Below the pieces are notes generated by a model. The model saw only the letters and a program-made list of their open reading frames with translations. It had not been told where the DNA came from and searched no databases. The translations under genes and the position numbers were made by a program. A DNA stretch of 64,000 nt from Deltaproteobacteria bacterium (GTDB taxonomy: Bacteria; Myxococcota; SpSt-1050). Location of the stretch: positions 5,438-69,437 of the forward strand of contig JAOAFA010000087.1 of NCBI GenBank assembly GCA_026416535.1, written 5' to 3'. This document shows, one piece after another, positions 1 to 8,700 of the stretch; the first letter of the stretch is position 1, and each line of letters opens with the position of its first letter.

Positions 1-697
1 TTATCTTACTATTAAATCTAAGTGGAATTATCGTTAGTGTGGTTTCTGAAATTGCCTTAAGAAGGGCGATAGTGTGATATCTACGAGTGACAAAGAGTGT
101 ATGCATCCTAATTAATAAATCTGTTATTAGAGATGGAGACAATTGTACAATTTCTGTTTTACGGTGTCTGATGATGAAAGGAGAGAGAGCTAAAGATTAT
201 ATTTTTAGAGACAAAGATAGCAAGCTTAGAGTAATATAGATGTAAAGATTTAGGATAGAAAAGATTGGTCCCGGTATTAAGGTCAGAAAGAGGAGTCCTT
301 TCCATTTGGGAAGCCTTTTGAAAATAGGGTTTTGTGTAATGGATCACTAGGTTTAAGGAAGCATGGGGTAAGAAGTATAGGGTTTCAAAATGTGTGAAGT
401 AATTGAACTGGAGGAAGTGGCTTAGGTGGATATGAAGTATCTGATACGTTGGTAAATATGAGAGATACTTCTACGAAATATTTTCTTGTTCTTAAGATTG
501 AGTTTGGAGAAATTATAGAGGCAAAAGTGAAGATGAAATTTAGGATTTTGAAGTAGTTGTTTTGTTGGAGTTTAGTAATAATGTCTTTAATGCCTAGTTT
601 TTATGATTTGCCATTACACATCAGCTCTCTTCCTATTTTTATGTCAAGTTTAAGTTTCAGATGGTGTAATAGAAAGACGTAGTAGAAAGAAAACTAT

Positions 698-1393
698 TTA
701 CTCTTTCTTTAGTATTCTAACCTCTATTTTTCCTTTAAGTCCCTCTGCAAACTTTTTAGCATCGCTTTCGCTGCCGACGATCTCTCCGTAGTGCATGGGG
801 ATAGCAATCTTAGGTTTGATATCTAGAGCAGCCTTTATTGCCTCGTCAGCTGTCATTACGTAGGTTCCTGAGACTGGAAGCAGAGCTATGTCTGCTCTGA
901 AATTTTTCATTTCAGGGATATAATCTGTATCACCAGCAATGTATATTCTTATATCCCTGACTTTGAATATGTATCCCACCCATTTGTTTGTCTTTGGATG
1001 GAATTTTTTATTTGTGTTATATGATGGAACCACCTCAATATCGATGCCTTCTATTGTTATCTTGTCACCCGGCTTAACAATTTTTAGTTTGCCCATGAGT
1101 TTTTGTCCACAGTCTTCAGTTGCAACAATTATAGTTTCTTCCTTTTTGATCTTCTCTATATCTTCTGGCGAACAGTGATCAAAGTGTTCGTGGGTGATTA
1201 AGATAATGTCAGCCTTTTTTTCACTGTCCTTTAGTTTAAATGGATCTGTATAAATTACCTTTTCTCCTTCAATCCTGAATGTATCATGCCCAAGCCATTT
1301 GATAAAAGAGATATCCATCTTTTCACCTCCCATTACAATGGTTAAGAATGAGAACAATAAACAGGAAATTAATGAAAATGACACTTTTTTCAT
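698..1393 (-). CDS. Secreted MBL-fold metallo-hydrolase. Start moved to the internal Met at 1393, which has a GGAGG ribosome-binding site; this also removes the overlap with the upstream gene.
   Basis: The HEHFDH motif (HxHxDH, a metallo-beta-lactamase signature) follows an N-terminal hydrophobic signal segment. The plus strand reads 'cat' at 1391-1393, preceded on the minus strand by GGAGGGG. Confidence 0.75.
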   Translation of the reverse strand: MKKVSFSLISCLLFSFLTIVMGGEKMDISFIKWLGHDTFRIEGEKVIYTDPFKLKDSEKKADIILITHEHFDHCSPEDIEKIKKEETIIVATEDCGQKLMGKLKIVKPGDKITIEGIDIEVVPSYNTNKKFHPKTNKWVGYIFKVRDIRIYIAGDTDYIPEMKNFRADIALLPVSGTYVMTADEAIKAALDIKPKIAIPMHYGEIVGSESDAKKFAEGLKGKIEVRILKKE

Positions 1394-1412
1394 TGCCCCT
1401 CCTATTACAGTA

Positions 1413-3050
1413 TTAGGGTTGAGACTCGTGATCTTTTTTCTCAGAAAGAAGTTGATATGCAATCTCTACTGCCTTCTTTATCTTTTCTTTAACCTTTTCT
1501 TCTATTCTTATTTTGTTCATAAGTTTATTTATCTTTTCTTCTAAGGCATGTTTTTCCTCTGCGAATTGATTCCTTTCCATTTCGAAGGCATTTTCAAGTG
1601 CCGTTTTATCATCTCTTATCTGGTTTAAGTCGTCTTCGAGAGCCTTTTTGTCTGCCTCCATGTGTAGCATTTTCTCTTTTAGTTCAGCAATACTTTTCTT
1701 GAGGTCTTCGGCTTCAAATTTATATGGAGATAGTTCATTTACTTGTCTCTGTAGATCATATATCTTCATTTCTAACTCTTTTATTATGGTGTCTTTTGTT
1801 TTTAATAATTTTTCAAGCTCATTGGCTTTTCCTCGTGTATCCGAGGCATCCTTCTTATGTGTCTCTATATCATTTTGTAGTGCTGCAATCTGTTCTTTTA
1901 AACTAGTAAGCTTCTCATTAGCCTCTTTATCCTTTCTCTCTATCTCTTCTTGAAGTTTATGGATCTCCTCCTGTTTAGAAGCAATTTGGGTCAGTAGCTC
2001 TGTTACTTGTGAGTCCAATTTTTGTCGCTTTGCGATCTCCTCTTGAAGTTCTCTCTCCTTTTCTTTTAGTCTATTGTTTAGTTCAGCAGTGGCAGCGGGT
2101 ATTGAAGAGTCCCTTGATTTTTGAGCCTGTCTAAGCTCCTCTATCTGCTTTTTTAATGAGTTGATTTCGGAAAGTAGGTTTCTGTTTTCCTCTTCAAGCG
2201 TTTTTAGTTTTTTCTCATCAAAGGATTCCCTAGCTTTTGGAATTACAATTTTTTCTTCTCTCTTAGGTGCTTCTTCAATTCTAATATCATTAAAGTCGCC
2301 TTTTAACGATTCAAGCTCTTTGTCAATATCGGACGTGTCCTCACTAATGGAAATCTCCTTGGCTGAGATGCCGTCCTTTTTGAGTTCATCTTCGATAGAT
2401 ATATCTAATCCGCCCTCTTCAGACGTTGCTACTGGCTCTTTAATGCCGTCTATAACATTATCTAATGTATTAAGGTCAACCTCTTTAAAAATGTCGTCAC
2501 TAGCCTTATGTGTAGAATCCTCAACCGGTGCATCTTCAACCACAAGATTGCTTAGATCATCTTCAGATAGGTGTATTTCCTCCTCTTTGGATTCCTGTAG
2601 CTCTTCTTTGATATCAACATCATCGATGGTAAGTTCAATCTCCCCTTCCTCGCTTTCACTATCTGGGGAGGGTAGTCCTATAAGGTTTTTAATTCTATCT
2701 ATAAGCTCTTTTGGCTCGAAGGGTTTTATAAGATATTCCTCAGCACGTGTCTTGAGCTTTCTGTGTTGTTCAAATGTTTCAGGTGTAGCCTCACTGGAGA
2801 TTAAGATTAGAGGAATTGATTTGAGTTTGTTATCTTTTTTGAGTTTATTGCAAATGGAATATCCGCTCGTCTCTGGCAACTCTACACAAAGGACTATAAG
2901 GTCGGTTTCGTTTCTTTTTATAAAGTCAAGCCCTGTGTCTCCATCAGCAAATATGTCAACCTTGAATCCTTTTTTTGTAAGCTCATTTTTAAGTATGTTT
3001 GCAAAATCTCTTTCTGCTTCAATCAATGTAATATGTTTGTTTTCGCTCAT
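1413..3050 (-). CDS. Response-regulator receiver-like domain fused to a coiled coil of about 400 aa. The receiver looks atypical.
   Basis: The N-terminal 120 aa have the CheY-like fold pattern (hydrophobic beta strands, a conserved Lys in 'YLIKPF'), but the phospho-acceptor position reads 'LIVLCVELPE' (Cys, not Asp) and the acidic pair is 'EAERD'. The rest is Glu/Lys-rich heptad-like sequence. Confidence 0.7.
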   Translation of the reverse strand: MSENKHITLIEAERDFANILKNELTKKGFKVDIFADGDTGLDFIKRNETDLIVLCVELPETSGYSICNKLKKDNKLKSIPLILISSEATPETFEQHRKLKTRAEEYLIKPFEPKELIDRIKNLIGLPSPDSESEEGEIELTIDDVDIKEELQESKEEEIHLSEDDLSNLVVEDAPVEDSTHKASDDIFKEVDLNTLDNVIDGIKEPVATSEEGGLDISIEDELKKDGISAKEISISEDTSDIDKELESLKGDFNDIRIEEAPKREEKIVIPKARESFDEKKLKTLEEENRNLLSEINSLKKQIEELRQAQKSRDSSIPAATAELNNRLKEKERELQEEIAKRQKLDSQVTELLTQIASKQEEIHKLQEEIERKDKEANEKLTSLKEQIAALQNDIETHKKDASDTRGKANELEKLLKTKDTIIKELEMKIYDLQRQVNELSPYKFEAEDLKKSIAELKEKMLHMEADKKALEDDLNQIRDDKTALENAFEMERNQFAEEKHALEEKINKLMNKIRIEEKVKEKIKKAVEIAYQLLSEKKDHESQP

Positions 3051-3089
3051 AAGGGTTAATCCTTTCTTTTACCAATGATTAAAAATCTT

Positions 3090-3124
3090 TAGTATATTAT
3101 GATAATTTTCAACTATTTGTCAAA
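3090..3124 (-). promoter_or_regulatory. Candidate sigma70-type promoter for the response-regulator gene.
   Basis: On the minus strand: TTGACA, a spacer of about 17 nt, then TATCAT/ATAATA, located about 60 nt upstream of the ATG at 3050. An AAGGA ribosome-binding site lies just before the start. Confidence 0.3.
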
Positions 3125-3242
3125 CCTAAAATAATTTTTAAGAAAATCGTGTTTTGCTAATTGAAATTATATTTTAAGGGCGTAGTATGTCAAAAGTTTG
3201 ATAGGGGGGATAGAATCTTATAAGACTTATATATTTGGCTCT

Positions 3243-4232
3243 CTAATTTGTTTGCTCTTCCCTCTTGTGGCATGCCAAAAGTCCGCAATTCCTGTGACAC
3301 TTTTCCATTATGGCTTTGATCTTTTTTGCTGCTTCGGAATTAAGGATATTTATTAGCTTATCTTGTCTAACATTGCCAATTGCAAGACCATTATTAAGAT
3401 TGCGCATATGTGCACATAAAACAATGTCTCCACACAATTCGAGAAAGATGTTCTTGTTGTGAGAATCACAGACTGACTCCCCTATAAAGTCTGGGTTGTT
3501 TATATAGTTTTTGAACCACTCTATATCGCTCCTCTTAAGTAATACAAATGGGTCTTCTTTGTATTTGTTGTAAACCGATTCTAATATGCTTATTGCTTCA
3601 CTTTTGTTTTTAAAGAAGTGCTCGCTAAAGAATTTGTCTTCTTTAGATACTTTTGCGAAGGTTGGGTTAATTATTTGAAATAATACGCCTATAACATCGA
3701 GGCTACGTACAAACTCAATGTATTCAGGAAGATAGGCGATATTCTCATCAAATATTATGGATATAACGGTAATTTCAGTTTGAGAATTCTTAGTTTGTTT
3801 ATTTAAACTAACCAGTCTTTTTATTGAATCCAATGTCTTATCAAATGCGTCATTCTTTCCTCTCAGTCTATTGTGGATCTCCGGAATATGACTGTCCAAG
3901 GATAATGTTATATATGTAGGTCCTTCTTCTATAAGGCGTTTTATGGTCTCATCTGTGAAGTCATATCCATTAGTTACACAGGCTGATTTTAGGCCTTTTG
4001 ATCTTATATACTTGCATATTTCGAAAAAGTTGTTCTGGTGAATAGTAGGCTCTGCACCACTAATTATTATTATCCCCTGTGGATTTATATTACTAAATTG
4101 GTCGATAACCTCTTTAATTTCTTTTACAGTCAACTTATCTTCTGGGTCTCTGTATGTCCAAAAATGACACATCTGACATCTAAGATTACATTCTCTGGTT
4201 ATCGTAATATATAGATAGCGCGGTACTCTCAT
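3243..4232 (-). CDS. Radical SAM enzyme with a C-terminal SPASM/twitch-like cysteine-rich domain.
   Basis: CNLRCQMCHFW (CxxxCxxC) sits at residues 15-22, as expected for the radical-SAM cluster. The C-terminus carries extra cysteine clusters (CDSHNK...LCGDIVLC...CHRNCGLLACH) consistent with auxiliary Fe-S clusters. Confidence 0.8.
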   Translation of the reverse strand: MRVPRYLYITITRECNLRCQMCHFWTYRDPEDKLTVKEIKEVIDQFSNINPQGIIIISGAEPTIHQNNFFEICKYIRSKGLKSACVTNGYDFTDETIKRLIEEGPTYITLSLDSHIPEIHNRLRGKNDAFDKTLDSIKRLVSLNKQTKNSQTEITVISIIFDENIAYLPEYIEFVRSLDVIGVLFQIINPTFAKVSKEDKFFSEHFFKNKSEAISILESVYNKYKEDPFVLLKRSDIEWFKNYINNPDFIGESVCDSHNKNIFLELCGDIVLCAHMRNLNNGLAIGNVRQDKLINILNSEAAKKIKAIMEKCHRNCGLLACHKREEQTN

Positions 4233-4316
4233 TGAAGATTTATATTATGTTGTTTTTGTTTAATTTTAAATGAAAAAATTATGTAATTTTATCTTTCTTA
4301 AGTGTAAGGTCGGTTC

Positions 4317-5510
4317 CTAACATCCACCTAGTGCTCGCTTCTGCTTTTTCTTGACAGGACCTGATGGTTTGTTCTTTTTTATTAATTCTAGTATCTCGAC
4401 TTTTGCTCTCGATCTAAAACGATTTAGCCACTGTTCATCAATAGTCTTTGGTTCATTAATTGGCTCAAATTCGAGGATGTTTTTCTTAAAGGCATTTAAT
4501 CCTCCTTTGAGTATCTTTATGTTTTTAAATCCCATCTTGTGTGCAACAATTGCCATTTTTCGCTCCACCATCTCATCGTCTGCTACAAAAAGATTATCTG
4601 TGTGTCTATACCTTAAGAACTGTGAAGGTTCTTTTTCAAATAGGTTATCTACGGTAAATAGTGTTGAGCGAGGTAAACTCCATTCTGAGTATGACTTGTC
4701 ATTTCTAAAATCGATTATTTGAAGTCTTTGCTCACTTTTGTCGAGTAGTCTAAAGGCTAGCTCATCGACTGACATCTCTTTTAGAGGATAACTTTTGACA
4801 AAGTATTCGTCTTGAACTAATCTAAGCAGATAAGTTTTTCTGTCGATAAAATTAACAGAGAGAATAAGTAATATTATCCCTGAGATTGCTATAATAATGT
4901 TGGTTTTATTTATCCTAATAAATTTTACCTCCTCTTTGTTAACTTTTTTCTCGATGATGGATACAAAATAAAATGTAATGAGAGCTGTAAGGGTTAGTAT
5001 AAATGCAAAGAGATTAGGAGAGATGTTAAAGGTATCTGATATTCTTGGGGTGCCAATGTAAGCTGATTTATATAATGACTCAAAGATGGGATATCCCTCT
5101 GTAAATATTAGAACACCTATAAATGCCCCTCCAATAAATATCATGGCATCTATCTTTCCTATTGATGCAGCACAAAAACTTGTTCCCGGGCAGTACCCTC
5201 CTAAAACAAAGCCAAGTCCCATAATTAGTCCACCTACTATTGCTGACCAGATGTAAGTTGGGTTTATGTAAATTAGATTTATGTCGAGTAGACCGAAGTG
5301 GAAAAGTCCTAAGACGCCGATCATTGCAACAATGCCAGCAGTAAAAAATACTCTAAGGACTGTGAAGTCGTATCCGTAAAATAGTCCGACGAGTTTTCTT
5401 GAACTGGAGAAACCCGCCTGTTCTAATATCATACCAAATAGTCCTCCGATTATAAGTGCTATTACATAATTTAAATTAGGACTGATTATATCAGGTACAA
5501 GGGGTCCCAT
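4317..5510 (-). CDS. YeeE/YedE-family sulfur-transporter membrane protein fused to a C-terminal rhodanese (sulfurtransferase) domain.
   Basis: The N-terminus has about 8 predicted TM helices with Gly-rich YeeE/YedE-like segments (IIGGLFGMILEQAGFSS; GLGFVLGGYCPGTS). The C-terminal ~110 aa resemble rhodanese (LQIIDFR...FVADDEMVERKMAIVAHKMGFKNIKILKGGLNAF). Confidence 0.75.
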   Translation of the reverse strand: MGPLVPDIISPNLNYVIALIIGGLFGMILEQAGFSSSRKLVGLFYGYDFTVLRVFFTAGIVAMIGVLGLFHFGLLDINLIYINPTYIWSAIVGGLIMGLGFVLGGYCPGTSFCAASIGKIDAMIFIGGAFIGVLIFTEGYPIFESLYKSAYIGTPRISDTFNISPNLFAFILTLTALITFYFVSIIEKKVNKEEVKFIRINKTNIIIAISGIILLILSVNFIDRKTYLLRLVQDEYFVKSYPLKEMSVDELAFRLLDKSEQRLQIIDFRNDKSYSEWSLPRSTLFTVDNLFEKEPSQFLRYRHTDNLFVADDEMVERKMAIVAHKMGFKNIKILKGGLNAFKKNILEFEPINEPKTIDEQWLNRFRSRAKVEILELIKKNKPSGPVKKKQKRALGGC

Positions 5511-5522
5511 ATGTTTTCCTCC

Positions 5523-6041
5523 TCAGATCCAAAATTTTCTTAAAAAGTAAGCAAATCCATAGGCACCGCCAAAGATGGAGATCATTACCAAAAGCCCTCC
5601 TGTTGACATAACGGCCAATCCTGATAATGCCGCTCCGCTTGTGCATCCCCTACCAAGTTGTGAGCCGATGCCCCACAGTAGGCCTCCTATTAATGCACCA
5701 AAGATCCTCATTCTTGTTGTTGAGTTTGGACCTTTCTCGAGTTTGAGATCTAATCTCCCTGATATCAGTCCTGATATGAATGCCCCAATTAGAACTCCGA
5801 TTATTTCAAATACCAACCAATTCAATAGGGGATTGGCTCCTTCATTTTCTTTTGAGTACTCCTGATAAAATTTTGTGTTTGATGTATGATCTGGTGCTAT
5901 GAATTTGATGGTAGCTACAACTGTACTTTTTATTGCGCCACTCGCACCTAAACCTCTACCTGTTATATATATTGTAGTTAAGAGAAGTAGCCCTAATAAA
6001 AGTCCGGCTAAATACGGATTCATATACTTTTTCTCTTCCAT
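5523..6041 (-). CDS. YeeE/YedE-family membrane protein; half of a split transporter.
   Basis: Contains GRGLGASGAIKST and GSQLGRGCTSGAALSGL motifs, typical of the YeeE/YedE (thiosulfate importer family) repeat unit. It lies 12 bp upstream of the second half. Confidence 0.7.
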   Translation of the reverse strand: MEEKKYMNPYLAGLLLGLLLLTTIYITGRGLGASGAIKSTVVATIKFIAPDHTSNTKFYQEYSKENEGANPLLNWLVFEIIGVLIGAFISGLISGRLDLKLEKGPNSTTRMRIFGALIGGLLWGIGSQLGRGCTSGAALSGLAVMSTGGLLVMISIFGGAYGFAYFLRKFWI

Positions 6042-6057
6042 CTTTGCACCTCATTGT

Positions 6058-6690
6058 TTACTTTATTTCTGGATGTAACTTATCATCTTCTATCTCTTCA
6101 TAACCTGTTAACATAGCTTTTAAATTTGAAGTGATTGTATCACCAGTTGTTATTAGGTATAAATGCATTATTATGAATGTTACCATTAAAAACGCTGATG
6201 CTGTGTGTATAATTGCGATTATCTCTAGAGAATCTATGTTAATTGCTTCAATGCCATGACGTGTTGGATATCTATACATCATGTACAAGATGCCTGATAT
6301 TATACTTGTAGGGATGAGTATGATTTTTAATCCAAAGTAGGTAATCCTCTGTAGTGGATTTAATTTGCTTAGAAGGGTCTTTTTTGTTGGGTGAGGGGCG
6401 TTTTTAAATATTCCAAATAAATAGAAATCGAGTTGGGCTTTTATATTTTTCAGGGTTGGGATGTATTGCTTATATTCCCCTGTAGTTAGGTGCCAGAAAA
6501 TGGCAAACATAGTTAGTAGTAGAAAGAGATAGGCTGCAAGATTGTGGTATTTTACGGCATCCTTAAAACCTAAGAATGTATATGATCCATGTATCTCAAA
6601 CCCTGTGAAGATCAGAAAAAAAATAAGTATTGCCTGCATCCAGTGCCAAAATCTTTCAAACCCTTTATAGATTAAAACCCGTTTCTTCAT
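6058..6690 (-). CDS. b-type cytochrome membrane subunit (Ni/Fe-hydrogenase or PhsC-type cytochrome b family); probable quinol-interacting anchor.
   Basis: Four TM helices carry conserved His residues (FWHWMQ, YHNLAAY, FWHLTTG, IIHTASAF...IMHLY). Its start overlaps the upstream cytochrome c stop (ATGA), indicating translational coupling. Confidence 0.65.
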   Translation of the reverse strand: MKKRVLIYKGFERFWHWMQAILIFFLIFTGFEIHGSYTFLGFKDAVKYHNLAAYLFLLLTMFAIFWHLTTGEYKQYIPTLKNIKAQLDFYLFGIFKNAPHPTKKTLLSKLNPLQRITYFGLKIILIPTSIISGILYMMYRYPTRHGIEAINIDSLEIIAIIHTASAFLMVTFIIMHLYLITTGDTITSNLKAMLTGYEEIEDDKLHPEIK

Positions 6691-8264
6691 CTTGTTCTCC
6701 TTCTTCTTATGTGGTTTGCTACTATTCTTCCACTCCCGTGGACGAACACCAAAAGTATTGTGAAAACTATGAGTAATCTACCAATTCTATCAACCAAAGG
6801 TGAATAATCTCGGCCCGGTATATAGAAGTCCCGGAGATTTGCTATTCTTGAATTGTTTCTGGTGTGGCATTCTTCACACCTTACAGCCTTTTCTTTGGGT
6901 GAGACCATATGATTTAAAGGCCAATACATCTTTGTTTCGATAAAACCTACTTTTCCACTAAATGGCATGCCATGTTCTCTCATTCCCATCTCTGACGCCT
7001 TTATCCAATCAAAGTCTTTCCAGAAAGCACCACTCCCTTTTTCCTCTGAGTATAATTTTGGCTGAATAAGTATGTTGTTAACAGGATCATATGGTTGTTT
7101 TGCAGTATGAATTTTTACAGGTATGATTTTTGAATCATCGTCTTTATAACTTCCATGAAGTGTATTTAAGAAGAGAGGGGACTTGGGATCTTTTATTTTG
7201 TCTCCAATAAGGTAATGTGAAGCAGTGCCATTGAACCAGATGTAATCTGGTTTTAAATTCTTACCCCATTTGAAAGATCCTTTTGTAGACATATATGTCT
7301 TGTTTCCCTCTGCATCTTTCTCTATGTATGGTTCTCCATTTTTTAGCTTTCCTGCTGTTGACCAATCCCAATAAATCATTGTTGCATTTGCCTTTGCATA
7401 TATGGGTATGTGACATGCTTGACAAGATACCTTTAGGGTGTGTTCATTGATTATATCATCATTATGAGGTGTGTTGGTATGGCACTCCTCGCAACTAATC
7501 CTTTCTCTGTTCATAGATGATAGAGAGTAAAGCTTTCCGAAGATATTGTGCTCCTTTGTCTTGTGACAATCTATACAATGCATATTTACACCGTCGATAG
7601 CCATGTGCACATCTATATCTCTTGTAGCCTCAAACTGTATACTTTCTAGATCTCCATGCTTTACGTTATTGCCGCCGCCACCGAAGAAGTGGCATACACC
7701 ACAATTACTTCTTTTGGGTTTTCCTACATTATGGATGATATTTTTAAAATCCAGAGATTTCTCTGGTTCTCCCCCTCTCTCTGATGCTTTCATATATGTC
7801 TCTGTATTATCATGACATATCATACAATCGATATTGGTTGGATCCGTAAAGAGGTTTCCCTTTTCATCAAGTCCCAGCCCTACATGGCATTTGGCACAAG
7901 CCTTTTCATTACCCTGAGCCGCAATGCAAAAATTATTTATGGCATTCTTTTTGCCAATAAAGACAATACCCCTGTCCTTGACATATTCGACTCTTTCCCA
8001 GTTGAAGTGATTTGATTTCATTATCTCATGGGCTGTCAGATTATGGCAGTATTCGCAGGCTTTAGTAATCTCCCTTGGGTTAGGGAAGTCCTGGTTCAAA
8101 ATTTCGAATTTTGAGTGATCTGCCTCTTTTTTATACTCTCTTTTTGAATATTTCTCTTTTAGTATTAGGATGTGTGGTTTTTCAAGCTCGTTACTCTTGA
8201 GAGTGCCGTATATTATAGCTGTGACAAGACCAAAAGAGAGAAGCAGTAATAATATCTTTCTCAT
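6687..8264 (-). CDS. Octaheme c-type cytochrome.
   Basis: Eight CxxCH motifs: CEYCH, CAKCH, CMICH, CGVCH, CIDCH, CEECH, CQACH, CEECH. There is an N-terminal signal/anchor and a C-terminal hydrophobic segment. An AGGTGA ribosome-binding site precedes the start. Confidence 0.85.
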   Translation of the reverse strand: MRKILLLLLSFGLVTAIIYGTLKSNELEKPHILILKEKYSKREYKKEADHSKFEILNQDFPNPREITKACEYCHNLTAHEIMKSNHFNWERVEYVKDRGIVFIGKKNAINNFCIAAQGNEKACAKCHVGLGLDEKGNLFTDPTNIDCMICHDNTETYMKASERGGEPEKSLDFKNIIHNVGKPKRSNCGVCHFFGGGGNNVKHGDLESIQFEATRDIDVHMAIDGVNMHCIDCHKTKEHNIFGKLYSLSSMNRERISCEECHTNTPHNDDIINEHTLKVSCQACHIPIYAKANATMIYWDWSTAGKLKNGEPYIEKDAEGNKTYMSTKGSFKWGKNLKPDYIWFNGTASHYLIGDKIKDPKSPLFLNTLHGSYKDDDSKIIPVKIHTAKQPYDPVNNILIQPKLYSEEKGSGAFWKDFDWIKASEMGMREHGMPFSGKVGFIETKMYWPLNHMVSPKEKAVRCEECHTRNNSRIANLRDFYIPGRDYSPLVDRIGRLLIVFTILLVFVHGSGRIVANHIRRRRTR

Positions 8265-8295
8265 GCCATCACCTAAATTTTACATAATACATATC

Positions 8296-8700
8296 TTATC
8301 TGCCTTCACACAGTTGTTTTATCCCCTCAATGAATTTAATAATACTTCTATGTTTAATGGAGTAGAAGACTTTGTTTCCATCCTTCCTGCTTATGAGTAT
8401 TGAACTATTTTCTAAAACTCTTAGATGTTGGGATATATTCCCCATTGTAGTTCCTATCTCGTTGATGAGTTCGCTGACATTTTTTTCTCTATCTACCAGT
8501 AGACAAACGATAAGAAGTCTGATTGGTGACGATAATGCCTTAAGCATCTTTGCAATTTTTTTTGCTTCATTGAGTCTCTTTGTCTTTTCGTAAGTAAACA
8601 TATTTAGTATTTTAGCCAATACTAAAATACTGTCAAGCAGAATTTTTTCATTTTTCGAGAGTCTAGCATTATTTGAAGTATGTGTAAGGTAGTAGAACAT
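8296..8700 (-). CDS. ArsR/SmtB-family transcriptional regulator. The true start may be the internal Met ('MFTYEK').
   Basis: Helix-turn-helix signature LSSPIRLLIVCLL...VSELINEIGTTMGNISQHLRVLENSSIL...FYSI. It sits 31 bp upstream of the cytochrome gene. Confidence 0.8.
   Translation of the reverse strand: MFYYLTHTSNNARLSKNEKILLDSILVLAKILNMFTYEKTKRLNEAKKIAKMLKALSSPIRLLIVCLLVDREKNVSELINEIGTTMGNISQHLRVLENSSILISRKDGNKVFYSIKHRSIIKFIEGIKQLCEGR

Noticed and set aside
2161-3078. 305-aa Ser/Leu-rich ORF on the plus strand.
   Set aside because: It lies entirely antisense to the coiled-coil response-regulator gene. The low-complexity Glu/Lys codons read in reverse give Ser/Leu/Phe runs, which is a frame artefact.
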